DNA of 55,140 bases, taken from Gammaproteobacteria bacterium (GTDB taxonomy: Bacteria > Pseudomonadota > Gammaproteobacteria > SZUA-229). The notes beneath the pieces were generated by a model. It did no database searches. It was not told where the DNA came from and worked only from the letters and a program-made list of their open reading frames with translations. The stretch covers positions 1-55,140 of the forward strand of contig JBLYYN010000191.1 of assembly GCA_048550535.1 (NCBI GenBank). Reading direction: 5' to 3'. Every line of letters begins with the position of its first letter. Within the stretch, counting starts at the first letter, position 1. The position numbers and the translations under genes were made by a program. Positions 19,696-27,975 of the stretch are shown piece by piece.

Positions 19696-19814
19696 GCCAC
19701 AGAGTCACAGAGGGCACTGAGTCACAAAATGTTAATTATGCAGAAATGACCATCTAATAATTAAATTATTCGGCCTACAAAAAATAATCTCTGTGTGCTC
19801 AGTGCCTCTGTGGC
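19696..19814. repeat. CACAGAG-iteron palindromic element, copy 1
   Basis: Left arm GCCACAGAGTCACAGAGGGCACTGAGTCACA. Right arm CTCTGTGTGCTCAGTGCCTCTGTGGC. An AT-rich core separates them. The element ends 5 nt from the stop codon of the VWA gene. Confidence 0.8.
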
Positions 19815-19819
19815 TGATA

Positions 19820-21106
19820 TCAATTCAATTGCACCCTGACACCCCAGGGTACCGGGGTTTTGCCTTTCACCAGCCAGATCACCGGGAAGCAGGGTTCATG
19901 TTGCGGAAACTGACCCTGAGCATCGGTAAAGTACACTAGCAAATCAGGCGCCTTATCCTGCTGATCGGCCCATTCAATCACCGGAACGAAACTGGTGCCA
20001 CCACCACCCTGAAATTTACGCGGCATGGCGAACTCCTCCCAGGCTTCGAACAGCCAGGGTCCATCTTTGGCCAGGTCTGAGTCACAGGCCAGGAGGGTGA
20101 TTCTGGCTCGCAACTGACTCTTGATAGCATCTATTTCAGACACAAATTCTCCAATTTCCTTATCCGAGATCGAACCACTAATATCCAGAGCCACCGTTAT
20201 ATCCAGTTGTGTGCTGCGCAGGCTGGGATATACCGCTGGGTCACCTCTGCGACTCGAAGGCCGGGAATAGGTGTAATCGTCCCGTGCCACCATGGTCATA
20301 TATCGGGCCAGTAACATACGCCAGGGTAAACGGGGTTGCAGCAGATGATCGACCATTCGGGCCATGGAACCACCCAGTTTGCCGGCCTGAATCGCTTGTT
20401 GGGCCGCACTGGCCATACGCTGTTGCCACTGGGTGCTGAGGGTTTCGATTTCCTGTGGCGTTAATGGATCGGGTTCGGAATCACCTTCGGATTCCGGTGG
20501 ACGATCCTGCTTACCCTCACCCTCACCTCCCTGGGAATTATCTTCCCGGGCACCGCCGTCTTCTTCACCCCGTCCCTGATTGCCCTTCTGTCTTTGCTGC
20601 TTGCCTTCATTCTGCTGATCAGCATCGCCAGTGCCCCCCTCGCCCTCATCGGAGTCCTCGTTTAGCTGCTGTTCCAGCTCCCGCTCCTGATCGTTTTCAT
20701 TGTCTTCCAGACAGGGATAGATTTCCTCTGCGGTCATATCGGTATATTCGCGCAGATAGAGGGCATCCACCGGGGGTGTCATACCATCATTGATCAACAT
20801 AGGATTGATTGCCAGATCACAGGCCATGTCCCAGCGATGTTTGATACGATGCTGACGACGGGCAAAATGCAGCAAGGCACAGTGCAGGGCTTCATGAGCC
20901 AGGGCAAACTGGGTCTGATCCGGGTTCAAGGCTTCTATATATTCGGGATTATAATAAAACTTCTTGCCATCACTGAAGGTAGCCGCACACCATTCCGGAT
21001 TGGCCGGCACCATGGGCAAACGCAACACCAGGGCACCCAGAAAAGGCTTTTCCAGTATTAACTTGGTACGAGCTGTGGCGAGTTTTTTTTCCAGATCCAA
21101 AGGCAT
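19820..21106 (-). CDS. VWA-domain protein with an N-terminal HExxH putative metallopeptidase domain (DUF2201-like architecture)
   Basis: HEALHCALLH motif, an acidic/Gly-rich low-complexity linker, and a C-terminal VWA-like fold with a MIDAS-like DISGS motif. Paired with an AAA ATPase upstream. Confidence 0.75.
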   Translation of the reverse strand: MPLDLEKKLATARTKLILEKPFLGALVLRLPMVPANPEWCAATFSDGKKFYYNPEYIEALNPDQTQFALAHEALHCALLHFARRQHRIKHRWDMACDLAINPMLINDGMTPPVDALYLREYTDMTAEEIYPCLEDNENDQERELEQQLNEDSDEGEGGTGDADQQNEGKQQRQKGNQGRGEEDGGAREDNSQGGEGEGKQDRPPESEGDSEPDPLTPQEIETLSTQWQQRMASAAQQAIQAGKLGGSMARMVDHLLQPRLPWRMLLARYMTMVARDDYTYSRPSSRRGDPAVYPSLRSTQLDITVALDISGSISDKEIGEFVSEIDAIKSQLRARITLLACDSDLAKDGPWLFEAWEEFAMPRKFQGGGGTSFVPVIEWADQQDKAPDLLVYFTDAQGQFPQHEPCFPVIWLVKGKTPVPWGVRVQLN

Positions 21107-21110
21107 AAAA

Positions 21111-21205
21111 AAGTCTTAAGTTGTAAGTCATAAGTCATAAGTCCACGTCAAAATACTAAGAACCCATCGCTTTGACTTACGACTTATAACTTACGACTTA
21201 TGACT
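21111..21205. repeat. Heptamer-iteron inverted repeat (long hairpin) between the AAA and VWA genes
   Basis: Left arm TAAGTTG-TAAGTCA-TAAGTCA-TAAGTC. Right arm GACTTAC-GACTTAT-AACTTAC-GACTTAT-GACT. The spacer is about 30 nt. Confidence 0.8.
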
Positions 21206-21210
21206 ATCTT

Positions 21211-22251
21211 TTAATAAATCATCAGCTCGGCAATGCTATCGGCCCAGTCGGCAAACTCGGGTACGGCGAAAATCTCCTCACCCATGGCACGATGCATATC
21301 AGATACCAGCATGACACCCATTTCTTTCTGCCTGAAACGACGCGCATATTTGAGGATCTTACCCATGACGTCCTGAGCATTATCCTTGCCTTTGACCTGA
21401 ATCGCACGCCCCACCAGGGCAGAGGCTACGGCATACTGCAAATCGATTTCTTTCGGTGTATGGACCTCTTCTCCAGCCAGAATGGCATCCAGATCGGGCA
21501 ACTGATCCAGACTATCAATAAACGCATTCAGCTCAACTCCAGCCGCTGGCCCGACACAGGCCTGCAGAGCACCCAGAAACAGCTCGGGATGATCTTCGAA
21601 CTTATGTAACGCATTATGTGCAAACTCCCATGAACGGGGCGACGGAAACGCCACTGGATTATGGGCAGGATCGAAATCGAACAGCAGGTCGGGACGAAAG
21701 CGCAAGAATGCGATTACTCGCTCATTAATGCCACGATCCCAGGCCCAGGCCACCCAGTCATCCAGATTCACATCCACTTCATAATGAGAGAAACGATTTG
21801 CCAGTGGCGCCGGCATGGTATAGGTCACGCCGCGGTCACCCTGTCGATTACCGGCGGCAAATATGGCCCAGCCTTCCGGCACTTCGTAATTACCCAGTTT
21901 ACGATCCAGGATCAGCTGATAGGCTGCTGCAGATACGCTGGGTGGCGCCGAAGTAATCTCATCCAGAAACAATATACCTTTAGAGCCATGGCGTTTGGCA
22001 TCGGGCAGCATCGATGGGATCGCCCAGTCCACGCACTCATCAACCCTAAACGGAATACCCCTTAAGTCACTCGGTTCCATCTGTGACAGACGGATATCAA
22101 TGACTGGTACATCATGTTTCTGGGCAACCTGAGCCACCATCTGAGATTTTCCGACACCCGGCGGCCCCCACAGCATGGCTGGGGTGTGATGACCTGTCTC
22201 GGTGCTCTGAAATTCACGTTCTAAAACAACAAGCAATTTCGCAGGACGCAT
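21211..22251 (-). CDS. MoxR-like / AAA_5-type AAA+ ATPase
   Basis: Walker A motif GPPGVGKS and Walker B motif ILFLDEIT. A single AAA module of 346 aa, located upstream of a VWA protein. Confidence 0.85.
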   Translation of the reverse strand: MRPAKLLVVLEREFQSTETGHHTPAMLWGPPGVGKSQMVAQVAQKHDVPVIDIRLSQMEPSDLRGIPFRVDECVDWAIPSMLPDAKRHGSKGILFLDEITSAPPSVSAAAYQLILDRKLGNYEVPEGWAIFAAGNRQGDRGVTYTMPAPLANRFSHYEVDVNLDDWVAWAWDRGINERVIAFLRFRPDLLFDFDPAHNPVAFPSPRSWEFAHNALHKFEDHPELFLGALQACVGPAAGVELNAFIDSLDQLPDLDAILAGEEVHTPKEIDLQYAVASALVGRAIQVKGKDNAQDVMGKILKYARRFRQKEMGVMLVSDMHRAMGEEIFAVPEFADWADSIAELMIY

Positions 22252-22295
22252 TAAGATTCCTGTAATAATTCAGTTTATGGATAAATGAAGTGAAC

Positions 22296-22730
22296 TTAGA
22301 ATCCAGCCAGTTTATACAGACGCTGGGCTTCTTCCGGGTTTTTCTCAATCCCACGGCCTTCTTCGTACATCATCGCCAGAGTAGTCATAGAACCCACCAG
22401 GCCTTGATCCGCGGCTTTCTTGAACCATTTAACCGCTTCTTCGGAATTCTGCTCTACACATTCACCTTCCATGTACATGAAACCCAGGCCATGTTGCGCA
22501 AAGGAATAGCCTTGCTCAGCTGATGCGCGCATCCACTTTTCAGCGCTGGCTTCGTTAGTCATCACACCCAGTCCGTTCTGGAACATAATCGCCACTCGAT
22601 GCTGTGCATCGGCATTGCCCTGTTCGGCATATTTCAACAACAGGCGCATGGCATTGCTAAATTCCTTGGATTCAAATGCCGCAATACCACTGGCAAAATC
22701 CTGATCTAAGCCTTCGATCTGCTCAGTCAT
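22296..22730 (-). CDS. Sel1-repeat (TPR-like) protein
   Basis: Three to four repeats of the type A..W..KAA.QG...AQ..LG.MY..G.GV..N..EA.KW. Confidence 0.85.
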   Translation of the reverse strand: MTEQIEGLDQDFASGIAAFESKEFSNAMRLLLKYAEQGNADAQHRVAIMFQNGLGVMTNEASAEKWMRASAEQGYSFAQHGLGFMYMEGECVEQNSEEAVKWFKKAADQGLVGSMTTLAMMYEEGRGIEKNPEEAQRLYKLAGF

Positions 22731-23001
22731 GGCAAAACCTCTTTCAAATAGTTACTCTTGGGGGAGCGTAAGACTATAATAATCCCGGCTCCAGTCGTAT
22801 ATCTCTAATGGGGAAACATTCTCATTTAGCAAATATATGACTATTATACCCCCCTATGGAGATATACAGCCATCTAATCACTGGCTATATACTTAGTCCC
22901 CATCTGGAAATGGGGTTACAATTCCGCATTTCTGTAATACCGAATTTGAATCCGCTGATATCAGCGACAAGTTAAAAATGGTCCTCTACCAGGAGTAAGC
23001 T

Positions 23002-23196
23002 ATGAACAAAGAATATTTCGATACAGTAACCAAACTGGAAAAAGACGGTATCGACCCAGAGTACATCCAGGGCTGGCAGGGCGGTTATGTATGTAACCCA
23101 GAGCGCGAAGAACAACGTGTAAACGAAGCCTACTCTGCGGGTTTCGAAGATGGTAGCGCCCATAACACGGATAACGCTGCTAACTTCAAGGCTTAA
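23002..23196 (+). CDS. Small hypothetical protein (64 aa)
   Basis: AGGAG lies 7 nt upstream of the ATG, and a strong terminator follows the stop. No recognisable motif. Confidence 0.5.
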   Translation: MNKEYFDTVTKLEKDGIDPEYIQGWQGGYVCNPEREEQRVNEAYSAGFEDGSAHNTDNAANFKA

Positions 23197-23221
23197 GATC
23201 AGTTATTAAGCTTGTAGTTTC

Positions 23222-23250
23222 AAAAGGCCGGACATGCTCCGGCCTTTTTT
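23222..23250 (+). terminator. Rho-independent terminator
   Basis: 9-bp stem AAGGCCGGA/TCCGGCCTT with a 5-nt loop, followed by TTTTTT. Confidence 0.75.
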
Positions 23251-23263
23251 ATGTTCAGGATGA

Positions 23264-23445
23264 ACGGTATGCCGCGGGCGCATGGAACCACATGGATGTG
23301 GCGAAGTAGAGCAATGCATGGAGCAATTGCCGAGATGCGCAGGAGCGGCTATGCACAGGGATGTGCTGTATCCTGCAAAACCTGCATTTCCGCCATACCC
23401 AAAGGGCATAAATCCATGGCGGTCGTACGCCGCGGGCGCTGTGAG
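23264..23445. repeat. Mosaic repeat unit A (84-bp core at 23264-23347 plus an extension)
   Basis: The core ACGGTATGCCGCGGGCGCATGGAACCACATGGATGTGGCGAAGTAGAGCAATGCATGGAGCAATTGCCGAGATGCGCAGGAGCG recurs at 24248-24329 with 3 mismatches. The extension recurs at 24621-24730. Confidence 0.8.
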
Positions 23446-23502
23446 TTACAAAAATTTATGCCATTTGGGCACATTGAGATACAGCAAGAATATATTGAAA
23501 AT

Positions 23503-23528
23503 CTCTGTGTACCCTGTGCCTCTGTGGC
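23503..23528. repeat. Solo right arm of the CACAGAG-iteron element
   Basis: CTCTGTGTACCCTGTGCCTCTGTGGC ends 7 nt from the stop codon of the 190-aa gene. No matching left arm is present nearby. Confidence 0.7.
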
Positions 23529-23535
23529 AATAGAT

Positions 23536-24108
23536 TTAACTCCCTAACTGAGCCGTACTTCCCCCATCCACCATTTCCAGCTTGGCCTTGGTCAGGGTTT
23601 CCAACACCTGTGGCACTTCGATATCGATGATATGGGTGGTGATCCATTTATTGTCCTTTTCACCCATTTGGCGTGCGACATAATCGCCAAAATCCCGCTT
23701 GTACTGGTAACCGGGCTCATCACCATCCCAGGAACAAATAGCATAAGCGTTCATTCGTTCATTCAATAACTCGATGAATGGCCCCTGAAAGTCCCCTTTT
23801 CCAATCAGGTCTTCCGAATTTTCCTGCATAACCTTAATCAACTTCAGCGCCATCTTGCTGATCAAATCCTGACGCTCATCAAGGGACATCTGATCAACGA
23901 CCATACGATCCGTAACCGAGATCAGAAATGCCAGAATCTCTTTAATGACATCCAGGCGCTGCTGCTGAGTATCGGTCTGGAAGTTTTCGTTCTCCAGATT
24001 CAACACCATGGCCGCTGCAATCCTCCAGGCGATAAAAGCCAGGGTATTAGCTTTTTCTTCAACGGAAACAACACGGTCTTTCTTGTGCCACTTGGTTCTG
24101 ATCCTCAC
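23536..24108 (-). CDS. Hypothetical protein (190 aa) embedded in a repeat array
   Basis: GTG start with GAGGT 5 nt upstream. The ORF is long, not built from repeat DNA, and has ordinary amino-acid composition. No motif recognised. Confidence 0.65.
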   Translation of the reverse strand: MRIRTKWHKKDRVVSVEEKANTLAFIAWRIAAAMVLNLENENFQTDTQQQRLDVIKEILAFLISVTDRMVVDQMSLDERQDLISKMALKLIKVMQENSEDLIGKGDFQGPFIELLNERMNAYAICSWDGDEPGYQYKRDFGDYVARQMGEKDNKWITTHIIDIEVPQVLETLTKAKLEMVDGGSTAQLGS

Positions 24109-24196
24109 AACAACCTCATATTTACAGTTAAAAATTAAGAATATTAGAATACGAAATAGTATACTATTTTAATCAAGAATTATATGTACAGGAAGT

Positions 24197-24990
24197 ACGG
24201 TATGTCGCGGGCGCAGGGATGCGTAGGAGCGACGGCACAGGATGTGCAGTATGTCGCGGGCGCAGGGAACCACATGGATGTGGTGAAGTAGAGCAATGCA
24301 TGGAGCAATTGCCGAGATGCGCAGGAGCGACGTGCCAAGGTTCACTAGATAAAGCAATAGATTAATACAGGAGCAACTGTCGAGAGCAACGCATGGAGCA
24401 GTTGCCGAGGATGTGCGGGCAGATAATTGCTCCTGCATTTTCTGCATACATGCCATCCCTGGCAATATATACCGCGGGGCCAAGGAACCACATGGATGTG
24501 GTGAAGTAGAGCAACGCAGGAGCGGCGCGCTAAGGGTCATGCAAAGATGCGCTGAAGCAACGCATGGACGATGTTAATGGATTAATAAGTATCTCGAGAG
24601 GGCAGGAATAGCCCGAAAAGACTCAATTACCGAGATGCGCAGGAGCGACTGCACAGGATGTGCGGCAGGTTTTTGCTCCTTCAAAACCTGCATTTCCGCC
24701 TTCCCTGACGGTCGTATGCCACGGGGCCTAGTACAGATAACTGCTCCTGCGTTATCTGCATTTCCCACATCCTTGTGGGTCATGGCCAGGACGCCTACAG
24801 GGAGGTAGGCGGCACGAGCCCAAGGACGGGCCAAGGTAGAACAGTGCAGGAGCAACTGTCGAGAGTCGAGTCACGACTAAATGGATTTAGGAGTTAGAGT
24901 GAAGCAGGAAGCCAGAACCGAGGAACAGAGACCGAGCGGCGTGTTTAGGGCCAAAGATGCGCAGGAGCGGTTATTACACAATGTGCGCTG
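24197..24990. repeat. Degenerate tandem/mosaic repeat array (units start near 24197, 24248, 24466 and 24709)
   Basis: Repeated modules are GGAACCACATGGATGTGGTGAAGTAGAGCAA (24266, 24484), GAGATGCGCAGGAGCG (24314, 24622, 24955), CAGGAGCAACTGTCGAGAG (24368, 24847) and AAAACCTGCATTTCCGCC (24683). All are in the same orientation as unit A. Confidence 0.75.
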
Positions 24991-25074
24991 AACTCTGTTC
25001 ACCAGAGAAATACAGATACATGTCGGATTTACTCCAATTGAACCCGGTCCAGCAACCTAGAGGTATCATCGAAC

Positions 25075-26106
25075 ATGCAACAGCTGCAAACCAAGGTACA
25101 AGCCAACTGCAACCTCTCAGATGCCCAACATGCAGGCAATTACACTTTATGCATTTATTTACTGAAAATGCGCGAATATTTCCGTTGGGAAACCGGTCAG
25201 GCTTTTGGCAGCCCACTATCTAAAGACGATATTGGTGAATGGCTGACAGATCGCGAACAATTGTGGGATGGACTCGAAGATGATGACTATCAGACTCTTG
25301 ATATCGACGATCAGCAATTCGACCCCTTTCACAGCCGCGATATTAACCAACAACTGAATCCAATGGGCCTTGTGTACAGTGGCGGTTATGGCAACATGGG
25401 TAAACCTGTATTTTTTCTGGCCGAAATCGAATCCATAAAGCAGCTGGATGATTACACTATATACATATCATCGAAGGAACTGGCTCGAGACCTGGCCGCA
25501 CCTCCCGGCATGGCACAGGACAAATGCGTATATATCCGTCGTGAATCACTACGCCGCTTCCTTTGGGAAAAATATGAAGAATCCCACTGGTATAACCTGG
25601 ACAATCCACTGGCCAGAGCTCTTGCCTGCTACGATTTCAAAAAACACGCGGACGATTCGCTGGAGCTTATGACAGATGCAGAAATTGATACGGTATTGCA
25701 TCATGAAATGGGTGAAATACAGGCCGGACAAAGACTGGGTGATGACTGGGAAGCGATGCTGTCCCGGCTACCCCGTTCCCAGGCAGAATTACTGATTCGT
25801 TCTGTAAGGGATAACCTGGCTGACAGTCTTTCTACCCTTCCCAGATTACTGGAAGATGCCGAACCAGCTCGCATTCATTTCTATTTCGCCAATCTAAGCA
25901 ACCTGAGAAAAATGATTTTCCCCTCCATCATGAATGCCTACCAGGAATGGTTAAAGCATGGTGATAAATCACCCATAACAAAACTCATGAACAAGTCTGA
26001 AAAGCACTGGATGAATCTCGCACAGCAAAGCCTGAAACTGTTCAGCAAACATGGTGATGACAGTGCGCCGCATATAGAATCATTCATCAAAAGCCATTAT
26101 CTTTAG
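25075..26106 (+). CDS. Conserved hypothetical protein (343 aa)
   Basis: Long ORF, 38 nt upstream of a 2OG oxygenase gene. I can name no catalytic motif. Confidence 0.65.
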   Translation: MQQLQTKVQANCNLSDAQHAGNYTLCIYLLKMREYFRWETGQAFGSPLSKDDIGEWLTDREQLWDGLEDDDYQTLDIDDQQFDPFHSRDINQQLNPMGLVYSGGYGNMGKPVFFLAEIESIKQLDDYTIYISSKELARDLAAPPGMAQDKCVYIRRESLRRFLWEKYEESHWYNLDNPLARALACYDFKKHADDSLELMTDAEIDTVLHHEMGEIQAGQRLGDDWEAMLSRLPRSQAELLIRSVRDNLADSLSTLPRLLEDAEPARIHFYFANLSNLRKMIFPSIMNAYQEWLKHGDKSPITKLMNKSEKHWMNLAQQSLKLFSKHGDDSAPHIESFIKSHYL

Positions 26107-26144
26107 TAACCATTAAAAATAGCAAAGGTTTATTTAGGAACACT

Positions 26145-26753
26145 ATGTATCACGACTCGACTCAGCGCAAAGATCTACAAACCATCCATGAAGTAAAACC
26201 TGGAAGTTTTATATACTTACAGGACAATGCTTTAGCCAGTGATATCTGTCAGGAAATGATACGTCGTTTCGAAGCTAAACCCGAAGACCAGTACCGTGGA
26301 CGAATCGGCCAGGATTTCAAGGAAGATAATTCCATAAAAAAATCTACTGACATTGCCCTTAGCGCACACGAACATTGGCGCGATATTAATCAGGAACTGT
26401 TTCGTTCATTAAGTTCAGCTATCCGTGAATTTGCCAATGCCTTCCCATTTTTCAAAGGCCCATTCAAAGACGTAGGCTATGCCATGCAGCGCACCGAAGC
26501 AGATGAGTATTATCACTGGCATATCGATGGTGGTAGCCACGACTTCGCCGACCGACAACTGGTCGCTCTGTGGTATCTGAATGATGTAGCCGGTCCTGGT
26601 GGTGCTACAGAGTTTTTGTTTCAGGATGTCGCCTTACAGCCTAAACAGGGGGCCCTGGCTTTATTTCCCCCATTCTGGACCCATGAGCATAGGAATTCAC
26701 AGTTGCTGGAAGGGGTGAAGTATGTGGCTACTACCTGGGTTTCTTTTGCATAA
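26145..26753 (+). CDS. Fe(II)/2-oxoglutarate-dependent oxygenase (prolyl-4-hydroxylase-like fold)
   Basis: HxD motif in YYHWHIDGG, a distal His in FWTHEHRN and a basic residue in KYVATTW. 202 aa. Confidence 0.75.
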   Translation: MYHDSTQRKDLQTIHEVKPGSFIYLQDNALASDICQEMIRRFEAKPEDQYRGRIGQDFKEDNSIKKSTDIALSAHEHWRDINQELFRSLSSAIREFANAFPFFKGPFKDVGYAMQRTEADEYYHWHIDGGSHDFADRQLVALWYLNDVAGPGGATEFLFQDVALQPKQGALALFPPFWTHEHRNSQLLEGVKYVATTWVSFA

Positions 26754-26827
26754 TTATGTTTGGCACGAAGACACAAAGCCCTGGTTAATAATTTTATAAA
26801 TACCTTCACGCCTTTGCGTCATACTAT

Positions 26828-27256
26828 ATGGTAATTACTACACCAAAATCCAAACGGGACTTCGCACAATATTTTCATCTGCGCTGGAAAATACTAAGAA
26901 AACCCTGGGGAGAACCAGAAGGTTCAGAGCAGGATGAGCATGAAGGCAGCAGCTATCATGTTATGGTGAAAGAGGGTGATAAAGTTATTGGCGTAGCACG
27001 CTTACAGAATATTGCGCCAGCGGTGGCACAGGTCCGCTATATGGGTATAGATGATAATTACCAGGGCAAAGGCATTGGTCGATTGATGATGCAGCATATA
27101 GAAGCCTATGCCCGAGACAGTAACATTGATGAACTATTTCTACACGCCAGAGAAAATGCCCTGGGCTTTTATACAACGCTTGGCTATAAGCAGTTGGAGA
27201 AGTCCTACCTGCTATTTAACAGTATCCAGCACTACAAAATGAACAAGAGAATTTAA
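26828..27256 (+). CDS. GNAT-family N-acetyltransferase
   Basis: Acetyl-CoA binding motif QGKGIGRLMM. 142 aa. Confidence 0.85.
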   Translation: MVITTPKSKRDFAQYFHLRWKILRKPWGEPEGSEQDEHEGSSYHVMVKEGDKVIGVARLQNIAPAVAQVRYMGIDDNYQGKGIGRLMMQHIEAYARDSNIDELFLHARENALGFYTTLGYKQLEKSYLLFNSIQHYKMNKRI

Positions 27257-27703
27257 ATGCATATCTGGATAGATGCCGATGCCTGTCCTGTTGTTATCAA
27301 GGAAATTCTGTTCCGAGCTGCACAGCGTACCGGTACCGAGTTAACCCTGGTGGCCAATCACTACATTCCCAAACCCTCCTCGCCATTGATCAAAGCGGTC
27401 CAGGTTGGACAGGGATTCGATGTTGCGGATAATTACATATCCAAACACATTTCTTCGGGAGATTTACTCATTTCTGCCGATATTCCCCTGGCTTCTGAAG
27501 TTATCGCCAAAGGTGCTCATGTCATCAACCCCCGCGGCGAAGAATATACAACGGACAATATCCAGCAGCGACTCACCATGCGCAATTTCATGGAAGAAAT
27601 GCGCAATGCAGGCCAGGCCTCAGGCGGCCCTCCACCCCTGAACCAGAGCGATCGTCAGAGTTTTGCCAATGCCCTGGATAGATGGCTAAACGCATCGCAA
27701 TAA
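27257..27703 (+). CDS. yaiI: UPF0178/DUF188 protein (YaiI/YqxD family)
   Basis: N-terminus [24 protein letters not shown] is typical of the family. The start abuts the GNAT stop codon (TAAATG). Confidence 0.8.
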   Translation: MHIWIDADACPVVIKEILFRAAQRTGTELTLVANHYIPKPSSPLIKAVQVGQGFDVADNYISKHISSGDLLISADIPLASEVIAKGAHVINPRGEEYTTDNIQQRLTMRNFMEEMRNAGQASGGPPPLNQSDRQSFANALDRWLNASQ

Positions 27704-27975
27704 AACATTTGATTATTAGAATATTCTGATATTTTCACTCTAAGTCCAAAGTACCCATGCCTCAGTTAAATGAATCTGATCAACTAAAGTTAATAAAATA
27801 GAAATTTTCTGACTTTTATCATATTTTTTAGTTAAAAAAATATTTTCTCTGTCGAGTTAGTAAATAACAATATGCTAAGATTCTTTTAAGCTAAAGGAGC
27901 TTAATAAAATTTTCCCATGTCGGCACATACTCGCTATAAGCAAACATGGCCCACCTAAAAAAAGCGGTAACAATC

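Noticed and set aside
23206-23547. Track ORFs 23206-23409(-), 23251-23547(+) and 23282-23533(+)
   Set aside because: They are composed almost entirely of repeat DNA and overlap one another in different frames. Their translations are Cys/His/Arg/Pro-rich, and there is no Shine-Dalgarno. They are most likely artefacts of the repeat sequence.
24169-24855. Track ORFs 24169-24540(-, 123 aa) and 24574-24855(-, 93 aa)
   Set aside because: The same reasons apply. They translate the repeat modules (recurring CSTSPHPCGS and RPRHTV strings mirror the DNA repeats), and I found no convincing start context.
23250-25000. Possible CRISPR array or integron cassette array, because of the many short repeats around a small gene
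   Set aside because: The repeats are contiguous and mosaic, with variable unit lengths (51 to about 240 bp). There are no constant-length unique spacers. No cas or intI gene adjoins them, and I could find no attC-like GTTRRRY core pair. The region is better described as a degenerate tandem/mosaic repeat.
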